From Opitutia bacterium (GTDB lineage: Bacteria; Verrucomicrobiota; Verrucomicrobiia; Opitutales; Opitutaceae), in assembly GCA_947478395.1 (NCBI GenBank), contig CANJVR010000001.1, positions 480,001 through 544,000 of the forward strand: a stretch of 64,000 nucleotides of DNA, read 5' to 3'. The translations under genes and the position numbers were made by a program. Below are positions 10,960 to 19,234 of the stretch, piece by piece. Below the pieces are notes generated by a model, which worked only from the letters and a program-made list of their open reading frames with translations, was not told the origin of the DNA and searched no databases. Numbering within the stretch: position 1 is the stretch's first letter; each line of letters opens with the position of its first letter.

Positions 10960-11304
10960 GCCCCGACCGGCCAGATCGGTTCTATCATCCGTTCGGCCGC
11001 TACGCCGCACCGCCCCGTCGGTCAATTTCAGCCCCGTGCTCGAGGGCCCGCACCGGTCCTTGGAACGTCACCGTTTCTCCGCGATCTTTGTCCGCGCAGA
11101 AGATGAACTCACTGCTGCCCAGCCTCGCCGATTCTTCCCGCCCAACCATAGCGTGAGCGCGCTCGCACGGCCCGGTGAAGGCGTCCCGGCCATTTTTCAA
11201 ACGGCGCCGCCAGCTCGGACGGCCCATCGTGGTCATGGTCCGCGAGGCTCACGCATTTCGCCTTTGCGCCTTCCTCCGGTTGCGTGAGCGTGTTGGTTCA
11301 ACGT

Positions 11305-13308
11305 ATGGATTTTGCCCTCGACCCAACCTCCGCTCCGCACGGCGTGCCGCCGATCGATTTCCGCAAGGAACTCAACGACGAGCAATTTGCAGCCGTCACC
11401 GCGCCCCCCGGACCGCTGCTCGTCCTGGCCGGCGCTGGCTCGGGCAAAACCCGCACGCTCACCTACCGCGTCGCCTACCTGCTCTCCCAAGGAGTCAGAC
11501 CGGGCGAAATCCTCCTGCTCACGTTCACCAACAAGGCCGCGAAGGAAATGCTCCACCGCGTGCAGGATCTGACTGGCGTCGAACCCGGACGCTTCTGGGG
11601 CGGCACCTTTCACAGCATCGGCCACCGCACGTTGCGCATGCACGGCGAAACCATCGGCCTGCCGCGCACGTTCACCATTCTCGACGCCGATGAATCGGAA
11701 AGTCTCCTGCGCGACGCGGTCGAATCCGCGGACAAGGCTTTCTTCAAAGATAAAACGCATCCACGTCCCGGCCCGTTGCACTCCGTGATCTCGATGGCGC
11801 GCAATACTCAGCTTTCCCTCAGCGAAACCGTCACGCGCTTCTTCCCGCAATACGACACGCTGATCGAGCGTCTCCCGCTCTTCGCCAAAAAATACGCCGA
11901 GGCGAAACGCCAGGCGAACGTCCTCGACTACGACGATCTCCTCGAGTTCTGGCTCGAGCTCCTGAAAAAATCGCCCGAAACCGCCGCCTATTTCTCGCAC
12001 CGGTTTCGCCACGTGCTGGTCGACGAATATCAGGACACCAACACGCTGCAGTCCCAGATCGTCGACGCCATCGGCGCGCACCACCAAGTCATGGCGGTCG
12101 GCGATGACGCGCAGTGCATCTACTCGTGGCGCGGCGCCAATTTCGAAAACATCCTGACTTTTCCCGACCGGCATCCCGGTACGGTGATGCATTACATCGA
12201 GACGAACTATCGCTCGACTCCGCAAATCCTCGCCCTGGCCAACGCCGTGCTGCTCGCGCAACCGAAGGGCCGTCACTTCGACAAGGAGCTGCGCCCGCAT
12301 CGCGCCAACTCCGAGAAACCGTATGTCGTCCAGTCGATGGACAGCCGCGAGCAGGCGCAGTTCATCGTGCAACGCATCCGCGGTCTCACCGACGAAGGCT
12401 GCGCCTTGTCCGACATCGCGATCCTCTACCGCGCACATTTTCAGGCGCTCGACATCCAGCTTGAGCTTTCGCGTCTCCAGATTCCCTACCAGATCACGAG
12501 CGGCGTTCGCTTTTTTGAACAAGCCCACGTGCGCGACCTGATCGCGTTGTTGCGCTTCGTCTACAATCCCTCCGACACGCTCGCCTGGAACCGACTCGTC
12601 GTACTGCTCCCGAAAGTCGGCGACAAGGGCGCGCAAAAAATCTACGCGGCCGCGCTCGACCACGCGAAGTTACTCCAGAAGAACTTCGTCGATGTGCTCG
12701 ATTCCGACGACGTACGTTCGCGCGTACCCAAGGACGCAAAGGAGGAGTGGCCCAAGCTCGTCACATCGCTCCAGCAGGTGGCCGAGGTGATGCGCACGAT
12801 GAAACCTTCGAACGCGATCGAGACGGCGATCGACGGTTGGTACGGCGACTACCTCAAAGGGGCTTTCGCCAACTACGTTTCCCGCCTCGACGACTTGAAA
12901 TCGCTCATCGGTTTCGCGACCCGGTTCGAGGACATGCAGGACATGCTCGCGCAGATCATGCTGCTCAACGGCGAAACCAGCAATCGCTCCGCCGATCCCG
13001 ACGCCGACGCGCTCCGTCTCACAACGGTGCACCAAGCAAAGGGACTCGAATACGCCGCGGTATTTTTAATCGGCCTCGCCGACGGCATGTTTCCCCTGCG
13101 CCGCTCGATCGAGGCCGGTGATGTCGAGGAAGAGCGGCGGCTGTTCTACGTCGCGGTCACGCGTGCGCGCGACGAGCTGTACCTCTGCTGGCCCAAGGTG
13201 AACACGAAAGGCGGCCCCGCGATGCTCATGACCCCCAGTCGTTTTCTGCAGGAAATTCCGGCCGATCTCTACCAGCCGCTGAAGATCAAGCGGAGCTACG
13301 GTTGGTAG
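11305..13308 (+). CDS. ATP-dependent DNA helicase, UvrD/PcrA family
   Basis: AGAGSGKT, TFTNKAA, VDEYQDTN, VGDDAQCIY, NYRST, TVHQAKGLE, EERRLFYVAVTRA. Confidence 0.92.
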   Translation: MDFALDPTSAPHGVPPIDFRKELNDEQFAAVTAPPGPLLVLAGAGSGKTRTLTYRVAYLLSQGVRPGEILLLTFTNKAAKEMLHRVQDLTGVEPGRFWGGTFHSIGHRTLRMHGETIGLPRTFTILDADESESLLRDAVESADKAFFKDKTHPRPGPLHSVISMARNTQLSLSETVTRFFPQYDTLIERLPLFAKKYAEAKRQANVLDYDDLLEFWLELLKKSPETAAYFSHRFRHVLVDEYQDTNTLQSQIVDAIGAHHQVMAVGDDAQCIYSWRGANFENILTFPDRHPGTVMHYIETNYRSTPQILALANAVLLAQPKGRHFDKELRPHRANSEKPYVVQSMDSREQAQFIVQRIRGLTDEGCALSDIAILYRAHFQALDIQLELSRLQIPYQITSGVRFFEQAHVRDLIALLRFVYNPSDTLAWNRLVVLLPKVGDKGAQKIYAAALDHAKLLQKNFVDVLDSDDVRSRVPKDAKEEWPKLVTSLQQVAEVMRTMKPSNAIETAIDGWYGDYLKGAFANYVSRLDDLKSLIGFATRFEDMQDMLAQIMLLNGETSNRSADPDADALRLTTVHQAKGLEYAAVFLIGLADGMFPLRRSIEAGDVEEERRLFYVAVTRARDELYLCWPKVNTKGGPAMLMTPSRFLQEIPADLYQPLKIKRSYGW

Positions 13309-13675
13309 CGGAACGCGCGAGCGTCTAGTGCTAAACGCCTAAACGTTTCGGCGCGTAAGCTAAGGTGAAATCGAAATGCCTTCGCCTGCTGCTAAACTTG
13401 GTCGGTGACCGCGAAGGCCCGTCCGCTTGCGGACGCTCGGGCACACTCAAGCGAGCTGACCCACCTTGATTTTAACTCTATTGTGCCGGCTTAAGCTCCC
13501 CACCCGTTCGTCCGCGCCGCGAACTCCTCACGCATCACGACGTGATATTTTTTCAACTCGCCGACCGTGCCGAGGCTCACGAGGCACCCGTCGCGGTAGC
13601 CCGGCACCAGATCTTTGCCCTGTACGGCCGAAATGCGGCCACCCAAATACGCTGCATTTCAGCGACCGTGTGGGC

Positions 13676-15865
13676 TCAGGCTGCAGAAACATTTATGCCC
13701 GGCAGCATCACGGGACTAATTCCGCCCGCGGCCCCCGAGTTGGTGCCATGGCGGGAAGGCGGATCGTCTGCCGCGAAGCGCTCGCCGGGTTCGATCGCAA
13801 CGATCCGGCCCTCGTCCATCCGCACAATCTGATCGGCGATCGCCAGCACCGTGGGATGATGGGCCGCGATGAGGATGGTTTTCCCTTCGTCCCGGAGCGT
13901 TTGGAGCAGCGCAAGAATGGTGGCTTCGGATGCCGGATCGAGAGCGGCCGTCGGTTCATCCAGCAGCAAAATCGGCGCGTCGACGTAAAGGGCGCGGACG
14001 AGAGCCAAGCGCTGACGTTGGCCGCCGGAAAGATTTACGCCGTTCTCGCCCAGATGAGTTAAGAATTTTTGCGGCAGCGTTTCGACGAACTCGAGAATTC
14101 CCACGTCCCGGCACAGGCGGAGCAGGCGTTCCATCTGCGGCTGCGGATCACCCGGCGCGAGGTTTTCGAGGATCGTACCCGACAACAGTACCGTCGCTTG
14201 GGGCACAACTGCGAGATGGCGACGGAGTGAATCGAGCGTGAAATACTGGACATCGATTCCGCCAAGACACACGCGGCCCTGTTCGGGGAGATAGAGTCGT
14301 TGCAGAAGCGCGAGCAGCGTGCTCTTACCGCAGCCAGAATTACCGGCGAGCACGGTGATTCGTCCGACGGGAACGGTGAGGTTGATGTCGCGCAGAGTCG
14401 CAAGTCGGCCGGCGTGATGAAACGAAACCTGTTCAAAGCACAGGTCGCACGCGTGCGCCGGGGTGAACTCAATCGTGCCGGTATTCTTTTCGAGTTCGAG
14501 GTCCATGATTTCGAAGAGCCGGTCCGTGGCGATCAGCGCCTCCTGAATCGAAGTATTGAGACCGATCAACGCAGCGAGCGGACCGGTCAAGTATCCGGCC
14601 AGCGTGTAACATGACATCAATTGCCCCGGCGTAAGGCGCGATTCGAGCACGAGCGAGGCGCCGAGCCACAACAGACCGATCAAATAGGCTTGAGTGAGCA
14701 AGGTGGCAGTGGTGCTGCATCCGAGCGACGCGATGGCCGCGCGATAGGCGGTCTTGAGCAATCGGACGAGGCGGATCTCGGTGCGCAGTTCGGCTGCCTC
14801 CTCGAGACGAAAGCGCCGGAGCGCCGGTTGAGCTTGAAGCGACTCCGTGAGCTGTGCGCTAAAATCGGCGCTGCGCTCCATCAGCTGGCGCTGGTACGTG
14901 CGGTTGCGCAGATTGACGAACCAGTACAGCAGGGCGTTCCCGGGCAGGAGGCCAAGTGAAAGCAGCGCGAGTTTCCATGAATAGAAAAACATGGCCGCGA
15001 TGGCGAAAATCAGGATGAGCGGATTGAGCAGCAGATTGACGAGGGCGTTGTTCAGGAAATTGCGGATCTTAACCGCGTCGCCGACCCGCGACGTGATTTC
15101 ACCGACGCGCATCGTATCGAAAAATGGCTGCGGCAGCCGAAGGAGGTGGCGGTAGTAGCCGAGGATAATCGCCGCATCGATGCGCTGGGCCGTGCGAAGC
15201 GATAACAGTGCTTGGAAAACCCCGAGCACCAGCCTGAACGCCAGCACCACGCCCATCGCCACACCGAGCAAATTGAGCAGCGAGTGGTTTCCATCGGGTA
15301 TGACCGAGTCCACAATTTTTTGCACATAGACCGACATGGCCAGAGCCAGGATGGTCGACAGGATGGCGCCCACCAAAGTTTGGGCGAGGACGGCATGATG
15401 CGGTTGTAGCAACTGCCAAAGGCGTCGCACCGGGGAAACTGTGGCGTCGCCGGGTTGGAAATGATCGCCGGGAGCGAGGATAATGAGCACGCCAGTCCAA
15501 TAGGATTTAAATTTTTCGTGCGACCATTTCTCCACCCGACCGACCGCCGGGTCCATCACTCGCGCGCACTTCGGCGTCCAAGCAACGAGCACCACGTAGT
15601 GCATGCGTTTATTGGCGATCAGGCAGTGCGCGATGGCAGGGCAAGGAGCATGCGGCAAAGCGGTCGCGGCACCCTTCACCGCTTTGGCGATCAGGCCGAA
15701 ATGAACCGCAGCTGCCGTCAAACCGAGCGCGGTAGAACCTTGCATGTTGGTGCCCGCCAGCTGGCGCAGCTTGGCGATCGGCACCGGCTTTCCGTAGTGA
15801 GCGGCGACGTAGCCCAGGCAGCAGGCGCCGCAGTCGGTGACATCACGTTGTTTGAAACGAGACAT
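13676..15865 (-). CDS. C39 peptidase-containing ABC transporter (double-glycine leader processing/export)
   Basis: QRDVTDCGACCL (catalytic Cys), HYVV, MDPA; transmembrane domain; Walker A GNSGCGKST, LSGGQRQR, LLLDEPT. Confidence 0.92.
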   Translation of the reverse strand: MSRFKQRDVTDCGACCLGYVAAHYGKPVPIAKLRQLAGTNMQGSTALGLTAAAVHFGLIAKAVKGAATALPHAPCPAIAHCLIANKRMHYVVLVAWTPKCARVMDPAVGRVEKWSHEKFKSYWTGVLIILAPGDHFQPGDATVSPVRRLWQLLQPHHAVLAQTLVGAILSTILALAMSVYVQKIVDSVIPDGNHSLLNLLGVAMGVVLAFRLVLGVFQALLSLRTAQRIDAAIILGYYRHLLRLPQPFFDTMRVGEITSRVGDAVKIRNFLNNALVNLLLNPLILIFAIAAMFFYSWKLALLSLGLLPGNALLYWFVNLRNRTYQRQLMERSADFSAQLTESLQAQPALRRFRLEEAAELRTEIRLVRLLKTAYRAAIASLGCSTTATLLTQAYLIGLLWLGASLVLESRLTPGQLMSCYTLAGYLTGPLAALIGLNTSIQEALIATDRLFEIMDLELEKNTGTIEFTPAHACDLCFEQVSFHHAGRLATLRDINLTVPVGRITVLAGNSGCGKSTLLALLQRLYLPEQGRVCLGGIDVQYFTLDSLRRHLAVVPQATVLLSGTILENLAPGDPQPQMERLLRLCRDVGILEFVETLPQKFLTHLGENGVNLSGGQRQRLALVRALYVDAPILLLDEPTAALDPASEATILALLQTLRDEGKTILIAAHHPTVLAIADQIVRMDEGRIVAIEPGERFAADDPPSRHGTNSGAAGGISPVMLPGINVSAA

Positions 15866-16015
15866 GTGATTTTCCGGTTTGGGTTTGGGGATCGGAGCAG
15901 ATCGAAAAAGCAGGGCACGATATCCCTAACGCGCCGTTGCGAGCCGGCTGACGCAAGGAGCGGTGCCTGACCGGCGGGTAAAGGATAACCCGCCCGACCC
16001 TCGGACGATCCGCTT

Positions 16016-16843
16016 TTACGGGCTCATCCGCGCCACACACCAGCCGTCGGGGGCTTGCCACAACCGACGAAGGACCGAACACCGGAACCACACGCCCTCC
16101 GCCGACCTACGCGGCAAGTCGACGCCTTTACGCCACGGGAAAGTATGACTGATGCGTTGGGGATCGACGCCCCAATCAGGCGGCAACTGCGAAAGCGCCT
16201 TCGCGGAAAAAATCAATGCATGGTCGGCAATCGTGCCAAGTTGGTGATAATTTAGCGCAGCAAGGTAGCTCTCATCATCCGAGCAGATCACGCAGATATC
16301 GGCGGTCGAGGTCCGCGCTTGTTTTAACTGGTACATGAAAGGCGGGGCGTACGCGGCGCGGTCGATGAATTTATACCGCGCTTTCAGGAAAGCGTTAAAC
16401 TCCCGCAGCATTTCGTCGAGCGATCCCTTGCTCAGCAGACCGGACGGCGTCGTGGGTGGCGTGAATCGGTAAATAAAATAGTCCATATCCGACAGAAACG
16501 GCTGGTTGCTGGTAACCCGGTAATCCCGATATTTTTCTTCGACGGAATAGATCCCGTTCGGACTCGTGAGCTCCGTCTTCTTTCCCAGCGGGGACACGAC
16601 AAATTTCTTCAACGGCAGATTCGACTGGCTCGTGACTTTTTTTTGCGGTGAGAAGCCGACGAACTGAAACGTCTTTGGGGCGATCGATTTATCAAAGTCC
16701 AGGTATTCGGAATACAACCGATAAAATCCGTACCCCTTCAGGGTTTTACTTTGCACCGCGACCGACTCCATTTGTTCAGCGGGCTCCGTTGCCGCGAGGC
16801 TCACCGATGCAACGATCAAAACTAAACAACAAAGATATTTCAT
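16016..16843 (-). CDS. Secreted hypothetical protein within the peptide export locus
   Basis: Signal peptide MKYLCCLVLIVASVSLAA; visibly lower GC than neighbours; no family recognised. Confidence 0.7.
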   Translation of the reverse strand: MKYLCCLVLIVASVSLAATEPAEQMESVAVQSKTLKGYGFYRLYSEYLDFDKSIAPKTFQFVGFSPQKKVTSQSNLPLKKFVVSPLGKKTELTSPNGIYSVEEKYRDYRVTSNQPFLSDMDYFIYRFTPPTTPSGLLSKGSLDEMLREFNAFLKARYKFIDRAAYAPPFMYQLKQARTSTADICVICSDDESYLAALNYHQLGTIADHALIFSAKALSQLPPDWGVDPQRISHTFPWRKGVDLPRRSAEGVWFRCSVLRRLWQAPDGWCVARMSP

Positions 16844-16883
16844 GGGGAAAACTCCTGCCTGGGTTGGAGGCAGGAGTGCTGAA

Positions 16884-17117
16884 TCAAGCAGCAAACGTTC
16901 CAGTAAGCGATTTGATTAGGCTCCAGAGGGCCGTTAGGTCCTCTCGCGTGTCCTCGGCGGCCGCAACGATATCTCCGCCCTCACGCAAGACGTTGTAGAG
17001 GAAATCCGCCAGAGAGACGCCAATGAGGACTCCCCAGAAGTCGCCGCCGTTGGTTGCTTGCATTTCGTGCGGGGCGAGTTCGTCGCCCCACATCATGGAT
17101 GGGTGTGTGTTTTTCAT
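16884..17117 (-). CDS. Double-glycine-leader peptide precursor 1 (bacteriocin-like)
   Basis: Leader ...DELAPHEMQATNGG fits L-x3-E-L/M-x4-GG; lies between HlyD and C39 transporter genes. Confidence 0.8.
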   Translation of the reverse strand: MKNTHPSMMWGDELAPHEMQATNGGDFWGVLIGVSLADFLYNVLREGGDIVAAAEDTREDLTALWSLIKSLTGTFAA

Positions 17118-17186
17118 AACAATCTAGTTTTGGTTTGTTGATATTTCTCCAGCGACATGCCGGAGAAAAGGCGCGTGAGGGTCCGA

Positions 17187-18467
17187 TCACGCCTGCGCTT
17201 GCGGGTTGAGCCAGGCGCTCACGTCCTCGTACAAAATTTGGAGCAGGCTGCGACGTGCGACGACGAACCGGGCCGTCAGCGTCATGCCTTTGCGGAGATG
17301 GCCGACCGGGCCGTTGGGCAGACTGAGCTGCGTGGCACTCGGAATGATGGTGACTTTAAAATTTCCTGAATTGTTCGCCGAGCCCGCCTGCGAATCGGCG
17401 GCGATGGCGGTCACTTCACCCTCGATAAAACCCCATTGAGTGTAGGGAAACGCGTCGACCTGGAGTCGGACGCTTTGCCCGCTGCGGACCAAGCCGACAT
17501 CATGCGGCGAGACCAATGTTTCCACGATCAGCCGGTCGTCAGGTGAAATGACCGCGACGGTCTGCCCAGCCGCCAGCCAGGTTCCCGGCGAAAGACCGCT
17601 GAGACCTTGCACCGCCCCAGTGAGGGGAGCGTTGATCGTAGTCTGGACATGTTCCTCTTCCAATCGCGCGGCTTCAGTTCGAAGCGCATCGAGATTCGAT
17701 TCCTCGTCTTGCAGTCGGGCGCACCATCGGGCCGTGGCCGCTTCCATTAAATTTGATCGTTCAAAATTTGCGGCGACGAGATCATCGCGGGCCTGGTCGA
17801 GGTCGCGCTCAGCCAGCAGACCTTTTAGGGCCAGTGCTTCCGCTCGCGCGAATTCCCGCTCGGACCGCGCGACCGCGCCACCACGATAAGCGGCCTGCGA
17901 TCGGACCGCGTTCGCATCAGCCCGAAGTTCCGCGGTGCGGAGAGCGAGTGACTGCGAGAACAGTTCGATCCGTTCCCGGGCAGTCGGCGAAGACTTGGAC
18001 TTTGGTGAGGCAGCGTCCGCGAAATCGTTCCCGGCCGAAACCATGTGGCCGGACTCCTGATCAGCCGAGTACGGAGCCGCGGATTTTGCCGCACTGAGTT
18101 CCCGCAAATCGGCGATCAATGCGGTTTTGTTTTCGACGCGGGATCGATTGAGCAGCCTTCGCTCCTCCAGATCGCGACTGCGCAAGACCAGGAGGCGCTG
18201 ACCGGCGGCGACGTGATCGTTGTCGTGCGCGAGCACCTGTTCGATTTGGGCGTTGATCGGGACGCGGATTTCCGCGCGCTCGGTCATCGGGCGAACGATT
18301 CCGGCCGCGCGGATGGTGACGTCGACGGTGATTAACGGCAGCGCACCCAGCGCGCAGGCCGTACCCGCCAACGCGAGTTGGTAAATCCACGCCTGCGATT
18401 TCCCGTGGATCGCATGCAGGCTTTCGACGGTATGCGGCGCGAGCGTAGCGGGAAGATAGTTCGTCAT
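17187..18467 (-). CDS. HlyD family membrane fusion (secretion adaptor) protein
   Basis: N-terminal TM segment, coiled coil, INAPLTG, VDAFPYTQWG, LRKGMTLTARF; start trimmed to MTNYLP. Confidence 0.9.
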   Translation of the reverse strand: MTNYLPATLAPHTVESLHAIHGKSQAWIYQLALAGTACALGALPLITVDVTIRAAGIVRPMTERAEIRVPINAQIEQVLAHDNDHVAAGQRLLVLRSRDLEERRLLNRSRVENKTALIADLRELSAAKSAAPYSADQESGHMVSAGNDFADAASPKSKSSPTARERIELFSQSLALRTAELRADANAVRSQAAYRGGAVARSEREFARAEALALKGLLAERDLDQARDDLVAANFERSNLMEAATARWCARLQDEESNLDALRTEAARLEEEHVQTTINAPLTGAVQGLSGLSPGTWLAAGQTVAVISPDDRLIVETLVSPHDVGLVRSGQSVRLQVDAFPYTQWGFIEGEVTAIAADSQAGSANNSGNFKVTIIPSATQLSLPNGPVGHLRKGMTLTARFVVARRSLLQILYEDVSAWLNPQAQA

Positions 18468-18566
18468 GAGGTGAAAAGCGCGGCGGGTGAAAGGCTGCGG
18501 CACGGCGCAAGGTCGTCCGCTTTGGGTCGATTGGCGGCTGCTGTTAGTCGGCACCAAGAAGGCTGC

Positions 18567-18641
18567 GTAGCCGAATTTCCGAGTCCTAGTAAGCGTGAGC
18601 GTTTTGGAGGATACGGACGAAAGCCTCACGGCTTCCGCTAC
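18567..18641. repeat. GTAG-type REP-like element, family A
   Basis: GTAGCCGAA...GCGTGAGCGTTT...AGCCTCACGGCTTCCGCTAC; matches 44087-44145 with a short insertion. Confidence 0.7.
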
Positions 18642-18761
18642 GCTGAAATCTTTTATCGATGTCCGCTCCACGGCCGTCGGCCGGGAGCAGAAAGAGTCTA
18701 CGTGAGAACGGAGAGGAGCGGAGACGATAAACGCAACGGGTGGTGCATCGACCTGGTGCGA

Positions 18762-18938
18762 TCAGGCCTCGGAAATGTTGAGCAACCAGATCAGTTCGTT
18801 CACCGACATTCTCCGAGGATTTCGAGTAAGGCTGTAGTCGCGTTGTTCTGCGGCGAAGTAAGTGATCATACCGGGATAGATCTGATCGTCTTCACCGCCG
18901 ACGATAGACTGGGCTTCTGCTGGAGTGATAGGCTGCAT
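18762..18938 (-). CDS. Double-glycine-leader peptide precursor 2 (58 aa, absent from ORF track)
   Basis: Manual translation MQPITPAEAQSIVGG|EDDQIYPGMITYFAAEQRDYSLTRNPRRMSVNELIWLLNISEA*; same strand as, and upstream of, the HlyD gene. Confidence 0.7.
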   Translation of the reverse strand: MQPITPAEAQSIVGGEDDQIYPGMITYFAAEQRDYSLTRNPRRMSVNELIWLLNISEA

Positions 18939-19234
18939 GATAAGTGGTGTGGTTGAGGGTGCGGACCAAGGTAAGGGCTGACGGGTTGGATTAAGGTTTG
19001 AATCGAGAATTGCGGGACACGTTGGTTGTGCGCCGCACGGGTTTTATCCGCTAGTTTCAGCACGTAATATTTCGGTAACCGCTCGTCTAGATTCAGCATT
19101 CGCCCGTGAGAAATTCTCGCGTATCGACCGGGAAACCTAAGCGCTCGGAAACCCGATGAGTTCAAACCGCCGGCGCGGGGACCAAATCTACGGTCCCATT
19201 CTCGCATTGATGCGCGCGCCAGGCGCTTTCATTG

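Noticed and set aside
13305..18641. Peptide locus inserted into a split REP with a ~10-bp target duplication
   Set aside because: The 18567-18641 REP has its own GTAG head and is complete, and precursor 2 lies outside the supposed boundaries
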